DNA of 64,000 bases from Comamonadaceae bacterium. GTDB lineage: Bacteria; Pseudomonadota; Gammaproteobacteria; Burkholderiales; Burkholderiaceae_C. A model generated the notes under the pieces. It had not been told where the DNA came from. It worked only from the letters and a program-made list of their open reading frames with translations, and searched no databases. The translations under genes were made by a program, and so were the position numbers. Where the stretch lies: positions 27,954 to 91,953 of the forward strand of contig JAAFIY010000001.1 of assembly GCA_013297985.1 (NCBI GenBank). The letters are read 5' to 3'. This document shows positions 63,876 through 64,000 of this stretch, one piece after another. Every line of letters starts with the position of its first letter. Position 1 is the first letter of the stretch.

Positions 63876-64000
63876 CAGGGCAGGCAACTCCGCTTGGGGT
63901 GGCCCTTGGGGCCAATCAGGGAAACCCATGATTTGACCATAGGCAAAGTGCGAAACTTGAGCTAGTTACGCATCAATCCATGTCCACCTACGCATGAAAC

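Noticed and set aside
1-64000. CRISPR arrays, rRNA genes, integrases, transposases and prophage genes
   Set aside because: None were found. The recurring repeats are irregularly spaced single units at gene boundaries and are not a repeat-spacer array. No recombinase-like ORF lies near tRNA-Pro or the low-GC islet.

Overview
High-GC (roughly two-thirds G+C by eye) betaproteobacterial chromosome segment. It most resembles Burkholderiales/Comamonadaceae: three orphan Bug/TctC binding proteins, the block thrS-infC-rpmI-rplT-pheS-pheT-ihfA-merR-tRNA-Pro, and flhDC. About 60 protein genes are supported, mostly housekeeping: aroQ, aroC, metY, thyA-folA, xthA, aceA, clpB, moaE-moaD-moeA, thrC, hom and an alaA-like aminotransferase. 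These are mixed with transporters, LysR/AraC/MarR/MerR regulators and accessory oxidoreductases. Many long ORFs in the supplied track are antisense or N-terminally over-extended high-GC artefacts. Where an internal ATG plus Shine-Dalgarno fits better, I re-called the start. Five observations stand out. (1) A compositionally foreign, lower-GC, rare-codon single-gene islet (33783-36144) sits between an aldo/keto reductase gene and aceA. It encodes a 684-aa protein with an N-terminal DUF4238-type signature (HYIPQFLQRGF) and a C-terminal half of about 340 aa that I cannot assign. No mobility genes are present. This is my best candidate for an undescribed, possibly defence-type, system. (2) A REP-like intergenic element has at least 10 copies in the window. 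It consists of hairpin GCTAY-N7-RTAGC followed by core TAGGCNGNTAAATAGGNCG. Some copies lie inside operon spacers and some supply the last codons of ORFs. (3) A structured leader of about 245 nt lies upstream of thrS and ends in a strong intrinsic terminator 26 nt before an SD-less start codon. (4) A chromosomal ccdAB toxin-antitoxin pair is wedged before thyA-folA, with twin ATGCGCAT palindromes at its start. (5) infC appears to use a non-canonical ATC start. No CRISPR array, rRNA, transposase or integrase was seen.
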